Below, piece by piece: positions 1-12,594 of a stretch of DNA of 64,000 nt (positions are counted from its first letter, which is position 1; each line of letters starts with the position of its first letter). The position numbers and the translations under genes are program-made. A model generated the notes under the pieces. The model was not told the DNA's origin. It searched no databases and saw only the letters and a list, made by a program, of their open reading frames with translations. The stretch is taken from NCBI RefSeq assembly GCF_009914755.1, contig NC_060933.1; one strand, written 5' to 3'. The stretch comes from the human T2T-CHM13v2.0 reference genome, Homo sapiens.

Positions 1-259
1 ATTAAAAATATAAAAATCAAAATTATAACAAGAAGGTTTACACACACAGAATAACTGGTTGGAAAATAATTTTACATATTTTATACCTATTAACGTGTTT
101 ATCTTAAATAGTATCTCAATTTACATAAAAAGACTAGCATTAAAATTTTTTTTAGTATCACTTTTAAGGTCATTTTCATTTATAAATGTAGTGAATAATA
201 AATTGCAGTATAACACAAAAGAATATTAACATAATCTGTTTTTAAAATGATGAAAAATT

Positions 260-500
260 ACTAATATTTATACTTACTATGTTGCAGGCACTATTATTAG
301 TCTTACTTATGTTAATTATACGAGCTTTCACTGCAACCCTAGAAACTATTTGGTGAAATTATGCCCATTTCATAGATTCAGAAACTGAGAACCAAATACT
401 TTAAACTACTCACGTAACTTTACATAGTAGTTGGTGGAACCAAAAAGAATACCCAGGCAAGTATATCTCTAGAGTCCAGTTCTTTTCCATTGTGCTATAC
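260..500 (-). mobile_element. MIR SINE, diverged
   Basis: Core 'cccatttcatagattcagaaactgaga' and end 'gttcttttccattgtgctat' resemble the reverse-complemented MIR consensus. Confidence 0.7.
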
Positions 501-2850
501 TCATGAAAGTTAAATGGTGAAAACATTTTGCATCAAATGATTAATAAATCACAAGCTGTCATTACAAATTTAAAAAGTTAATTGACAGCTGTCCTGTTAC
601 AATTATTTTTAAATTTATATTAAAATAATACATCTTGCACCTGCCTAAGAGACATAAAATATCCTAAAACTTCATAGGAGCAAGAATGGTGCATTGTAAA
701 AAGTATACGTTTTTATATTATTATAAGATATATATTGCATATGCTATCATTCATAATATCTATTATATGTGTTTGTATATATGCACATGCTATTATCTGA
801 TATGAGTTTTCCTTTTGCTAAACTTATAAATTTTATAAATGGCATTAAATTTATGCAATTTTGAAGTATGAGACTCAGGCTTGGGAAATAGAAGAGAAGA
901 GAGAAAGCTAAAGGGCACAAGGAAGAAATGGACAAAAAATAAATAAATAAAACAAAGAAATAAATATATTAAGAAATAAAAACGAAATGGTACACAGAAG
1001 GTCACTGTGAACAGCAGGAAGAATCCCCCGAGGAAGAAAAGTTTTACTAGTGGTTTGAGATGCTGTTTTCTTTTCCTCCATACAGTTTCAAGCCTATGTT
1101 ATCAGAGAGTCCATGCTCACTGGGAAAAGAAGTTGGTGAAATATTTCCCTATCAATGTCTTCCTATAAAAACATAAACATGGAAGGTTGAAAAGTATTTT
1201 CCCTTTGTTATTGTCTCCAGTCGTTGGTGTGCAGAAATAAATTACAGAATTTGGGTACTGAACGGGAGCTCAGATACAAACATATTCATGCTCACGTGCG
1301 CGTGCACACACACATATACGCAAACACAGACACACACCTCTGCATACTCGATATCATTTTTATATGATATGGAAAAAATTAGACTAAAAATCTAAAAAAC
1401 ATGGATTCTAGAACTATCCTTTTTCCTAAGGCATTTTTTAAGCTTCCAACTTTCATTTGTATTGTCAATAAAAATGTATATATTGAACACAACAGTTTTT
1501 AAGGTTCTCTGCAGTTGTGAAATAGTAATATAAAATTTATTATTTATCCGCTATTCCTTAGAGTCCCTGAGCCAATAGGAATGCATTTATTTTTATGAAT
1601 ACATTAAAAATAATACTACATACAATGTCTTTATATTAGAGTTGAGGGATTTCTCCCTTCTGGTGTGTATAAATAGATGTATTTTTAAGAAGCATTAAGT
1701 ACATCCACAATTTTTTACCAATGTTGTTTCTCACTTTTACAAAGCAATGTATAGCAACTAAATTATTAAACTAGTGTTCATGGCTAAAAAACTGTTTTTT
1801 TGTTCCATTTCACTTCTTACCTGCTATATCATTATAATACAAGCACTTGTGAAAGCAAACATTGAGTAATAGACCATAAATGCTTTGTATTATCTTGATC
1901 TAAAAATGGTATTTTTACAATTATTAAACTTGAAACAAATCTTATAACAAACACAATTAGATAGGCTAACAACATTGCTCTTCAACAGAACAAACTTGTT
2001 ACTTATATCAGAAATAGAAAACTGTGAGAAAAAAAATGCCAGCTAAACTTTCAGGTTACAGAAGTGTAAATTACCCATGATCACAATGTATAAAATCACA
2101 GTTTGCAAAATTGTCTAGTTTTCTCTTATTACTGAAACTGAAAGTTTTCAGAATTGAATAGATGAAAATATATTTGTATAAAATTATTTTTAACTCAGAC
2201 TTTTTCCTCTCATCTGTGACAACTTTTCCTGCTATGAGAGTTCATATTTCATGCAAGAATAGTCTTACATAGAGGTATTTACTACAGTTGTTTGTTCTGT
2301 TCATCTGTTGCTTTTTTAGGAAAATACAATAACCATAAATCTGTGTAAAAGAGAAAATAAATAGAAATTGGCCACTGTTTCTAAAACAAAAACAAATAAA
2401 ACAATACTTTGGGTCAACTTTACCTCAGTTGTCTAAACACCCTTAATAGCATCCTATGTCTTTATTGTCAGTTCTCATTTTTAATTCCAACAAAGCTGGC
2501 TGTCAAGCCATATTATGCAGTGACTTAATATGCGTGGACATTTGAAAACATCTTACAATGTAGAATATATTTTTCCTACTCACTATTACGTATCATCCTT
2601 ACCAATATTGTATAAATATCCTTAACTTATTCTGGAGTAGCCCAAGGAACAGAAATCGTAAATGCTCATAGAGGTAAACCATCAGTGGCTCATCGAGGTA
2701 AATACAGACATGAGTTTAAAAAGCCATGGTCAAATGACTATGCAATTCCTAATGGGTATTGTTCTTCAGTATATGAAAATAGGTAGTAATTTTGTGATGT
2801 GAAATGACAATAAAACAATTTCAGAAAGAAAGAAAAGGAAGGAAACTTAC

Positions 2851-2882
2851 TCCATCCCACTAGATTCTTATTAACCAAAGCT
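2851..2882 (-). other. Candidate 32-nt exon
   Basis: Minus strand reads atttttatctttctttgagattttccag|AGCTTTGG...GGATGGA|gtaagt. Confidence 0.2.
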
Positions 2883-3079
2883 CTGGAAAATCTCAAAGAA
2901 AGATAAAAATGTGTTGTGTTTCTCTATTTGTGTTTGGTGGAGGGCAGTGGTAGTGGGGTCAGAAGAGGTGTTGAGGTTCTATACCAAGCCAGAGGGAAAG
3001 AAGTGAAAGACAGAGAATGAAGAGTAAAAATTAGCAACAATTTTAGAAAATAAAGAGGCTTATTTTCTTAATATTGTTC

Positions 3080-3305
3080 ATCCTCTCTTTTCATTGTTTC
3101 TGCTCTATTCAATTACTTTGTTTCTTTTTGTTTTGTTCCTTCTTTTCCTCATGCATTTTCCTAATGTGTCTCTTCTCTTGCTAGTCTCTTTCCCCTCCTT
3201 CCCCTTCTCTTACCCTCTCCCCCTTCTCCCCTTCCTCTTCCTCCTTTTCTTACTTCTGTTTCTTCTGTACCTTTTACCCTATTTTCCATTGCCTTTGTCC
3301 ATTTT
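3080..3305. repeat. CT-rich low-complexity polypyrimidine tract
   Basis: About 220 bp almost entirely C/T on the + strand; source of the Leu/Phe/Pro ORF 3094-3342. Confidence 0.85.
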
Positions 3306-3391
3306 ATGCCCATGTCCTGGCACTAAACTAAGACTAGATTGAAAGTCAGAACCTCCTGGTTTGCTTAAGTAGTTATTAAAGTAGTTAACCC

Positions 3392-3888
<497 letters not shown>

Positions 3889-4379
3889 TTAATCTATACA
3901 CACTATTCTTCATCACAGTAAATGCATACTTGTTTAGACTTTCCAATGGCTTTATGTAGGCCAAAAACTTCTTACTGCAGAGTTCTATATAATATAGCAT
4001 ATGATTACGTTGATTTGAAAATTATTTCAGGTTAAATAATATATTCTAAAATAAAACAACAATAAGTGACAAATCTTCATATAATATTAAGTCTATGAAG
4101 ATAATTTCAGTTGCCTCTTGAGAATAATAACACCAATACAAATATTAAGAAGGATAATCATAGAATCCATTCTGTTTGTTGAATGCTTACATTATGTAAA
4201 CCACTATATAAATTATCTTATTTAAAATAAGATAGTATATACCTTAATAACATCTACCATATGAGGTATATATTACACATGCGCAGATTAGTCAAATAAA
4301 GAGTTTATAAAATGTGCACAAATTTGTATGGATTAGAATTATGTCAGATTAATTCTAGAACTTACTATTGTCTATTCTT

Positions 4380-4452
4380 TTCTTATTATATTTAAGTTTT
4401 AGGGTACATGAGCACAATGTGCAGGTTAGTTACATATGCATACATGTGCCAT
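4380..4452 (-). mobile_element. Extremely 5'-truncated young L1PA (3' terminal ~72 bp)
   Basis: 'ttaagttttagggtacatgagcacaatgtgcaggttagttacatatg' matches the L1PA 3' end; TSD 'tctattctt' at 4371-4379 and 4454-4462. Confidence 0.9.
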
Positions 4453-4665
4453 CTCTATTCTTAAATGGTAGAAAAAATGTTAATTTTTAAAACTCTTTAC
4501 AGTAGTGCTTATTTAAATTATCGTATGATTTTTCTCTACTTAAACACTTAAGGTATTGTTGAAATTCTGCCATGCCTATCCTTTTGTGATATTTTAAAAT
4601 CTGAAGTCATTTAACCATTTTTTAAGTATAATATTGATAGTTTCTTGTTAGAAAAAAATAATGTG

Positions 4666-5107
4666 CCATTGACCCTTGAACATCATGAGTTTGAAATGCG
4701 CTGGTCCACTGACACACACATTTTCTTCCACTTTCACTTCCACTGAGACAGGAAGACCAACTCTCCTCTTCCTCCTCCGCCTTAGCCAACTCAGTATGAA
4801 CACAATGAGGATGAAGACCTTTATGATGATCCACCTCTACTTAACAGCTAGTAAATACATTTTCTATTCCTTATGATTTTCTTAATAACATTTTCTTTTC
4901 TCTGGTGTAACTTATTGTAAGAATACAGTACATAATACAAATTACATACAACATATGTGTTAATTAACTGTTTATGTTATCAGTAAGGCTTTCAGTCAAA
5001 AGTAGGCTGTTAATAGTTAAGCTTTTGGGGAGCCAAAAGTTATACATAGATTTCTGACTGTGTGAGGGTCAGCACTTCTAACCTCCACATTGTTCAGAGG
5101 TCAGCTG
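4666..5107 (+). mobile_element. Tigger2a/MER28-type DNA transposon
   Basis: TIR-like ends 'ccattgacccttgaaca' and 'tgttcagaggtcagctg'; about 440 bp. Confidence 0.85.
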
Positions 5108-5929
5108 TGTGGCTATAACATTAATCTATAGCTCCATGTCATAAAACTTTAACTTAAAATTTATATTTTTATTATCAAAAGAGATGAATACAGTCTTATA
5201 TAAATGAATTTTAGTAGTTTATAATAAAAAGATATTTTATTTTAAAAAATAGAATAATATTTAGATCTTATGGTTACTATAATCACAAATGTTAAGTATA
5301 TTCATAAAGCAAAACAAACTACTTTATACAAGTCTGAAGTGCTATACACCGTAATTTGTTTCCTAAGTTTAATGTATGTAGCCTTCTTAAGCAAGATAAA
5401 AGAGCTGATATTAACAGTCCGCTTATTTTACTTTCAGAGACATTAAACTAATGACAAGTTAGCTCGTGTTTTTAATGTAAGATCATAGAGGGTGATATGA
5501 GGATGAAAAGTTGGCACTGCTTTTATTGGCTAGACAATGGATCACGAGAAAATGAAATATTACCATGAACAGAAGCTGCTGTGGTGTGCTGCCTGCTTAT
5601 TTGGTTGGTTGTGCTGAGACTTGATTCAACTCCTTGCTTTTCTCTTTTGCAAAAGTGTTGGAATATGCCAGTCTAGGAACAAGAAAAGTCTACTCTTATT
5701 CATTAACTGTCGTATTCATACTGTGGATACATGCCTCAACTGCAAGAGCATTACTTAAAAATTAAATGAATCCCATAAATAATGCTATTTCCTTTTGAAG
5801 AACTAATGTTCATGGTTCTCAATGAGAATGTGTTAAGGTGTATTGGAATAAGACATCTTTATCCATCAACATAGATCAATCTAATTTAGCCAATGAGAGC
5901 AAACAAGTAAAGAAATGGGGCTTGAGAAG

Positions 5930-6041
5930 AATAACAACTTTATTGAGAACTTATTTAACCTTATGCCAGACCTTATGCTATGTCCAGTACATGTATCTTA
6001 TTTAAGTCCTACTGCAGTTTAAGGTTTGCATAATTTCCATT
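5930..6041 (-). mobile_element. MIR fragment, interrupted by MER45 and resuming at ~6706
   Basis: 'tttattgagaactta...tgccaga...ttccatt' continues as 'ttacaaatga' after the insertion. Confidence 0.55.
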
Positions 6042-6705
6042 CAAGGCCTGCTACATAATGTATAGATTCCAGAGCAAAATTAAGACATAGGATCCCAGCT
6101 GGAATGCACAAGTCAATATCCATTGTCCAGTGGTCAGCCGCCCCAATGCATGATGGATGGATGATCCCCCCAAAATTGTACCTCCTGTTGGGATGCACTT
6201 AGTACCTGGATAAGGGTGGGTAAGAGGCTTCTGCCAACTCACCTACTGAATGTACAGTGTGGCTACCAGCCAATGGATTAGATGGCCACAGCTTTGCTCT
6301 GTTCCAAAACACTGTGGAGCTCATGTCCATGCCTCCTTGCCCTGTGACCATGAGAGTGGAGAACAGCAATGGAATATAGTCCTCCCTCCAGTTTCCTCTC
6401 CAGGTGGAGGGTGACAACAGCCACAGAAAGGTACAGAGAAAAAGAGGCTGAGTATGAGGGAGGCAGCTGAGAAACTCTCCTAGATCCAGAGACAGAGAGG
6501 CTGCATGAGGTGAAGCAGTGCAGGAATGAGGCTCCAAGCACTCAAAATATACTCCATTTCCCCAAAAGCTCAACTTGCTAAACAAGAATTTAAAGATAAA
6601 ATCAATATGGATTTCAAGATGCGAACCAAACAGCATTAAATCTCAAGTACTAAGCTCTGGATCCTATGTAACCATACTGTTCACTTGCCCATGAAGCTAG
6701 CCCTT
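6042..6705 (-). mobile_element. MER45-family hAT-Tip100 DNA transposon
   Basis: Ends 'caaggcctgctacataat' and 'cccatgaagctagccct' match MER45 termini; 8-bp TSD tttccatt/ttcccatt (7/8). Confidence 0.75.
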
Positions 6706-7539
6706 TTCCCATTTTACAAATGATAACATTGCCCAAAGTCTGTTTGTCAGCATGAGATAAAATCTGTGTGTATGTGTTGTAGGGACTCATCAGGGAACAG
6801 GGATAGATCAATAGTTTAAACTCTAACTTATGTTTTTTCCACTACGTCTAATTGCCTGTATATATTTACCACTCATTAAATTAATGGAAAATGTTTTATA
6901 ATATACTCCTTATTTTTCAACTATTTGGGGGGTAAATATAGAATTAGAACAAGAAATAGATACAAGGAATGTAATGTTTTTGTAGAGGACTGATGAAATA
7001 TAAACGACGTTGGCAAAATTATCAAAACTCTGCCCCATCAACAAATAGGTGATGACAACATCTATACATAATTTCATGTTCTCAACCTCAATATTGACTA
7101 TCACACGAAAAATTAATAGAAAAAGTTATAAAATGGAAGCTAATATTGTAGCTTGTCAAAGCTGCAGGTATTTTTCACGTGGCCATGATTTGTTCAGACT
7201 TGTTTACTATTACTGTCATCTCCGGTCTAGTGTGAGAGGATGTGAAATTGCATGTTGAAAATTACTCTATAGAAAAATGGTATGGGAAGTCATGAATTAT
7301 AACTTCTACAAAGCCATTAAAATAATGAAAAGTCAAGAATGAAGTTGGATTAAAAATATGTTGTAAGGGATTACAAAAATACACAAATCAATGGTCAGGT
7401 GTTCTTCAGAGAAGCGTGGCAGAAATAATTTAAATAACTTCTATTACCTAATTCAACATAAAAATATTACTCTTTCGCGTGAAAACTTTACAGTCTCTCT
7501 GTGGTTCAGCTATCCAAGGTTTGGCTCAAAAATCACTTC

Positions 7540-7830
7540 CCTTAACTGCATTGCCCGTTTGTCTCTACTTCCAGGCTAGATAAGGTGATCCTCCTCAATG
7601 ATGCCTTGAGTCCTGGGTGCATTTTTCATCCATCCTTAGAAAGTGATGCTGTAATTGTTTATAATGTTCTGTTACTTCTGATTCTCAGCGACTTCAGGAA
7701 AAACAGAGACCTATGTATTTTGTTTATTTGCTTGCTTGTTTGTTTTGTATCATCTGTGTTTATCAGTGTGTCCAGAAAATAGAAAACATTCCTTCAACAC
7801 TGAATGAATGAGAGAGTGAATGAGAGAATG
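7540..7830 (+). mobile_element. L2 3' fragment
   Basis: Ends in the L2-type tail 'tgaatgaatgagagagtgaatga'. Confidence 0.45.
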
Positions 7831-8719
7831 GGCCTATGTTTTCTACCTGAGGCCAGAGTTATTATTTGCTTTGTCCGGCCCTACTTGGCTGAGGACTCGC
7901 AAGACATTTCCCTACACATCGTCAAATCTTCACAATCTCTAACTACTCAAAACTCTTTCCAGTCATTCAGAAAGGCCTAGAAATTTTTCTTGTTAATATA
8001 ACTACAGAAAGGCTAAAGTAAAAATTCTGGCTGTAATATAGGTGGTCATTTGTTACACATTTTAGGCCCATTATGATTAAAAGAGATTTTGGATACCTCA
8101 AAATTTAGCTACTTAAAACTTTAAAAAAAGAGAGAGAAAATATCCAAAGTTCTAGATACTTCATTTTCAAATAAAATCTTGGAACACAACTCGTTTAGAA
8201 GGAAGGGAAGAGATACGTGCCTCTATAGAAATGACTGTACAAGTAATGGGCTTATTTCCAACATTGAACCTCAAGGAAGCTTTCCTGTTAATGTTTGAAT
8301 AGTTTGTTTTCACATTTTGTTTGCTTAAGTCAACTAGAAAAGGCACTTTTAAGATTGAGAAGGTGTGGTCCCACATCCACAGGATATTTCTGTATATTAA
8401 ACACTTAGCATTAGCCAGCCTTCAGGTTAATATTGATTGTTATCTGGATAATATTGGACATTAGCCTATTGCTTGTCATAGAACTCTAAGAACTATAATT
8501 AGCTCTAACCATAAAGCATGTGTTAGGTAGAAAATGACTTTTCGAATATAAGAAAATCCACTGGAGCTACCCCTAGAGCACAGTAAATATTTGCCATCAG
8601 CTACCTATTCCTCATGATTCTTGTAAAGGTATATTTTTTTCACCTGCTCTATCTGTATTTCTTTATGATTAAAAGAGGGTAATTTTTAAAAAAAGTAAAA
8701 GTAAATAAAGCTATTGATA

Positions 8720-8840
8720 GAATATATTATATGTATAAATTACATATATGTTATATAATATATAACATCATTTCATATATGTATAAATATGTGATATAAA
8801 ATTATATATTATTTATATGTAACTTTATATAGATATAAAA
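8720..8840. repeat. TA-rich low complexity
   Basis: Degenerate (TA)n. Confidence 0.7.
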
Positions 8841-9080
8841 GTTTATCTCTGCTTATAGATATTTCCAAATTAAAATGCTGCTAGCTTTATGTTAACCTCA
8901 GAATATTTTCAAACTGTAATTGCAAAATAGTGTCTACTATGGGAGTGTAAAAACACTAAATAAGGCACTGCTTCTTAATTCCTCAGTTGTTGACATTTCA
9001 GAAGCACTAAGATCAAAGCCTGATGTTTTGCCGGTATATGAGATCAACAACAACCAGTTGTAAGCAATGACTGTGATATA

Positions 9081-9903
9081 AGACATTTATGCAGCCAAAA
9101 GACACATGACAAAATGCTCATCATCACTGGCCATCAGAGAAATGCAAATCAAAACCACAATGAGATACTATCTCACACCAATTAGAATGGCGATCATTAA
9201 AAAATCAGGAAACAACAGGTGCTGGAGAGGATGTGGAGAAATAGGAACACTTTTACACTGTTGGCGGGACTGTAAACTAGTTCAATCATTGTGGAAGTCA
9301 CTGTGGCAATTCCCCAGGGATCTAGAACTAGCAATACCATTTGACCCAGCCATCCCATTACTGGGTATATACCCAAAGGACTATAAATCATGCTGCTATA
9401 AAGACACATGCACACGTATGTTTATTGCGGCACTATTCACAATAGCAAAGACTTGGAACCAACCCAAATGTCCAACAGTGATAGACTGGATTAAGAAAAT
9501 GTGGCACATAAACACCACGGAATACTATGCAGCCACAAAAAATGATGAGTTCATGTCCTTTGTAGGGACATGGATGAAGCTGGAAGCTATCAGTCTCAGC
9601 ACACTATCACAAGGACAAAAAACCAAACACCGCATGTTCTCACTCATAGGTGGGAATTGAACAATGAGAACACATGGACATAGATTGGGGAACATCACAC
9701 TCCGGGGATGGTTGTGGGGTGGGGGGAGGTGGGAGGGATAGCATCAGGAGATATACCTAATGCTAAATGACGAGTTAATGGGTGCAGCACACCAACATAG
9801 CACACGTATACATATGTAACAAACCTGCACGTTATGCACATGTACCCTAAAACTTAAAGTATAATAATAAAAAAAGATAAAAACAAAACAAGAAAAAAAG
9901 AAA
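9081..9903 (+). mobile_element. 5'-truncated L1PA (about L1PA3-5): ORF2 3' end, 3'UTR and A-tail
   Basis: Clear L1 3' sequence with G-rich tract and 'aaacttaaagtataataataa'; possible TSD 'ataagaca'. Confidence 0.95.
9106..9660 (+). pseudogene. L1 ORF2p C-terminal fragment (Cys-rich domain); not a host gene
   Basis: Translation contains [18 protein letters not shown] (CX3CX7HX4C) and ends [10 protein letters not shown] as in ORF2p. Confidence 0.92.
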
Positions 9904-10144
9904 TAAGACAAAGACCCTTTTTAATTCCACTTCACAAGCTTATATTAAAGAACAATTATTACATGTATAATTAATACACTCGTATATATTTTGGGATGGC
10001 AAACTGTTGTGGGCATGTGTAGCACATTTCAATTCTCAAGTTAGGCTCTTGATATTAATACCTTTCATGTATAAGCTGGTGCATTAGTCAGAGACCTCAT
10101 GGATAATACTTTTAAGGTGAGGATAGTCAGTATATTCAGCATCA

Positions 10145-10351
10145 GCTGAATGTCAAAGACTGCCAGTCAATCATCAAAAGATAGGAGAAAAGGTTGGAAC
10201 AAATCCCTCCCTTGCAGTCCTTGGAAGGAATCAATCCTACCAACATCTTCATCTTTCACTTCCAGATTCCAGGACTCAGACAATACATTGCGTTGTGTTA
10301 AGCCATTCGATTTATGGGACTTTGTTGTGGAAGATGTAACAAACTAATATA
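10145..10351 (+). mobile_element. MLT1 (MaLR) LTR 3' part
   Basis: 'gttgtgttaagcca...tttgtt...aaactaatata' MLT1-type terminus. Confidence 0.75.
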
Positions 10352-10404
10352 ATGTGTATCCTTGATATCTCCCTGATCTTCTTAGTCTTTTCTTACCAAA
10401 ACAG

Positions 10405-10457
10405 CTATCTATCTCTCTATGTATCTATCTATGTATCTATGTATCTATGTATCTATG

Positions 10458-10498
<41 letters not shown>

Positions 10499-10541
10499 GT
10501 CTATCTACCTATCCATCTATTATCTATGTATCTATCTATCA
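10405..10541. repeat. Compound (TCTA/TGTA)n tetranucleotide STR
   Basis: Direct reading. Confidence 0.95.
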
Positions 10542-11619
10542 AGCACTGAGATCAGGGAAATGTATTTGTGGTTCCTTGGACCCTGAGATTTATACCTGTT
10601 TTCCTTCTGCCTAATATGCCCTAAACACTAAGTGAAGCCACTTAGTCATTTCAGCTTTGAAACCCAAATTAAAATTTTGTGGTTGTTCTTAAAGTTTCAT
10701 CCAAGTTTTTTGCTTGTTCATCTTTGCTTTTGCTTTTGAGTTAAGGCACAGGATATAAAACTATGTTCATTATGTGTACCAACCTATAACAGAAGGTTTC
10801 AGTTCTCTACCATTGTTACTTATATGCATTTATTTACTTAAGTTGTTACTTATTTGCATCGGTTGTGGAAGGAGCACTGTCCAGCCCAGAGTGCTTCTAG
10901 CGTTTAAAGTTTGTTTTACATATTTATGCTAATAACTCTAGGCTATCACGTACATTGGTAGATTATTGAGAATCTTATCTACTTGAAGTTCCTTTGGGTC
11001 TGTAAGATGCTTATGAGGAGGACTTGGGGCTGCTAGTCATCTACCTGACAAAATAACCTCCTGGACTGGTCAAAAGGAAGACACAGAAGCTTGCCTGAAA
11101 TGGAAAAGCTTCAAAAGCCAAATCTGGTAAGTCTTAGGGATTCCTATAAAGATAAATTATAAACCAGAAGTAACAGTTGACTCCAATTAAGCGTTCAAGT
11201 TTTAATCAAGTGTGACATACAAATGTATGCTTTCATGTATGATGAAGATGGAAGAATATATGAAATAATGAAAAAGAGAAAGGAGGCAAAGAAACAAAAC
11301 TGATAGCACATGGAATAGAGAGAGGCTGTGAGGGGGGAAAACACTCAGAGAACAAAGAAAAAAAAAATGGAAGGGTTTGCAGGAAGGGATAATATAGGTC
11401 ACTTAAGTGGAAAAAAAGTGCAATTACCTAAAAACCAGTCAAGCTAAGTATAAAAGGACAAACTATCATCACTCTGGTGGTAAATTTATGGAAATTATTG
11501 TATAGTCTCTGCTGATTAATTGGTGAGTTCTTGGACAGAAGAATATTTGGGATGGGGGTGGAGATGGAGGTGGGGTAGGGAGGAGGTGGTGCACATACAC
11601 ATGCATGCGTGAACCTGTG

Positions 11620-11703
11620 TGTTACTTCCTCTCTGTACCCTTAACACTTAGGCAATTTGCCTGGCAAATAGTAAGTGCTTAATAAATGCTTGTTGAATGA
11701 GTG
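11620..11703 (+). mobile_element. L2 3' end
   Basis: 'tgcctggcaaatagtaagtgcttaataaatgcttgttgaatgagtg'. Confidence 0.75.
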
Positions 11704-11769
11704 ATTTTTGGCTAGCCATTTACATTTATTAACTTTGTGATAATTTGCAAATTATTGAAAGAAATGTTC

Positions 11770-11976
11770 TGCTGTGGTTTGGATATGGTTTGTCCCCACC
11801 AAAGCTCATGTTTAAATGTGATTCCCAATGTGGTGGTATTGGGAAGCAGGGCCCTGTGGAGGTATTTGGCAGCACCCTGTAGAGGTGGATCTCTCATGAA
11901 TATCTTAGTGACATTCTCTTGGTAGTGAATTATCTTGCACTCTCCCAAGACTGTATTAGTTCTCTTGGGAATGAAT

Positions 11977-12062
<86 letters not shown>

Positions 12063-12311
12063 CACTCTGGCTGTTATAAAGCGAGGTTCCTCCTCCTGTC
12101 TGGTCCCTCTTCCCGTGTGTCTGCTTCCCCTTTGACCTTCTATCATATTTTGCCCTAGCACCAAAGCCCTCACCAGAAGCTGAGGAGATGACAGTGCCAT
12201 GCCCCTTGAACTTCCCAGCCTGCAGGACCTTGAGCTAAATACACCTTTTTTCCTTTATAAGTTTCTCCGGTTCAGGTATTCTGTTACAGCCACACAAAAC
12301 AGACTATGACA
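11770..12311 (+). mobile_element. MST (MSTB-like) solo LTR
   Basis: Starts 'tgctgtggtttggatatggtttgtcccc' and ends 'cagactatgaca'; 5-bp TSD tgttc/ggttc. Confidence 0.9.
11978..12056. repeat. (GA)n(GT)n compound microsatellite inside the MST LTR
   Basis: Direct reading. Confidence 0.97.
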
Positions 12312-12580
12312 GGTTCTTAATGAGATAACTGAAATGATCCACTAATCCAGAAATTATACTCTCCTCTAAAACATTAGTAAAAAAAGAATATGACAGTAGG
12401 GTTTGGATGAAGTCAAATATCTGGATGTTTCCCACTTCCCTTTGAGTTTCCTAGAAACAGAGCTCTTGAGATACCTAAGGAAAGTCTGGCACTGGAGTAA
12501 AGGAAGAGTACAACAAAGCATCACTTCTACTAAATCGATTTGTATCATATTCAGGCCCTGCAGGTTTGCAAAATGTGCTT

Positions 12581-12594
12581 CCAGCAGATGGCGT
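12581..12594 (+). promoter_or_regulatory. CTCF-like motif
   Basis: CCAGCAGATGGCGT is a 13/14 match to CCASYAGRKGGCRS. Confidence 0.4.

Noticed and set aside
3094-3342. Hydrophobic ORF resembling a membrane peptide
   Set aside because: Translation of the CT-rich tract
9106-9660. 184-aa ORF as a host gene
   Set aside because: It is the C-terminus of L1 ORF2p in a 5'-truncated L1
11548-11590. G-quadruplex-like run
   Set aside because: Needs a 13-nt loop and has no supporting context
11919-12200. ER/CV and HT/LS dipeptide-repeat ORFs
   Set aside because: Microsatellite translations
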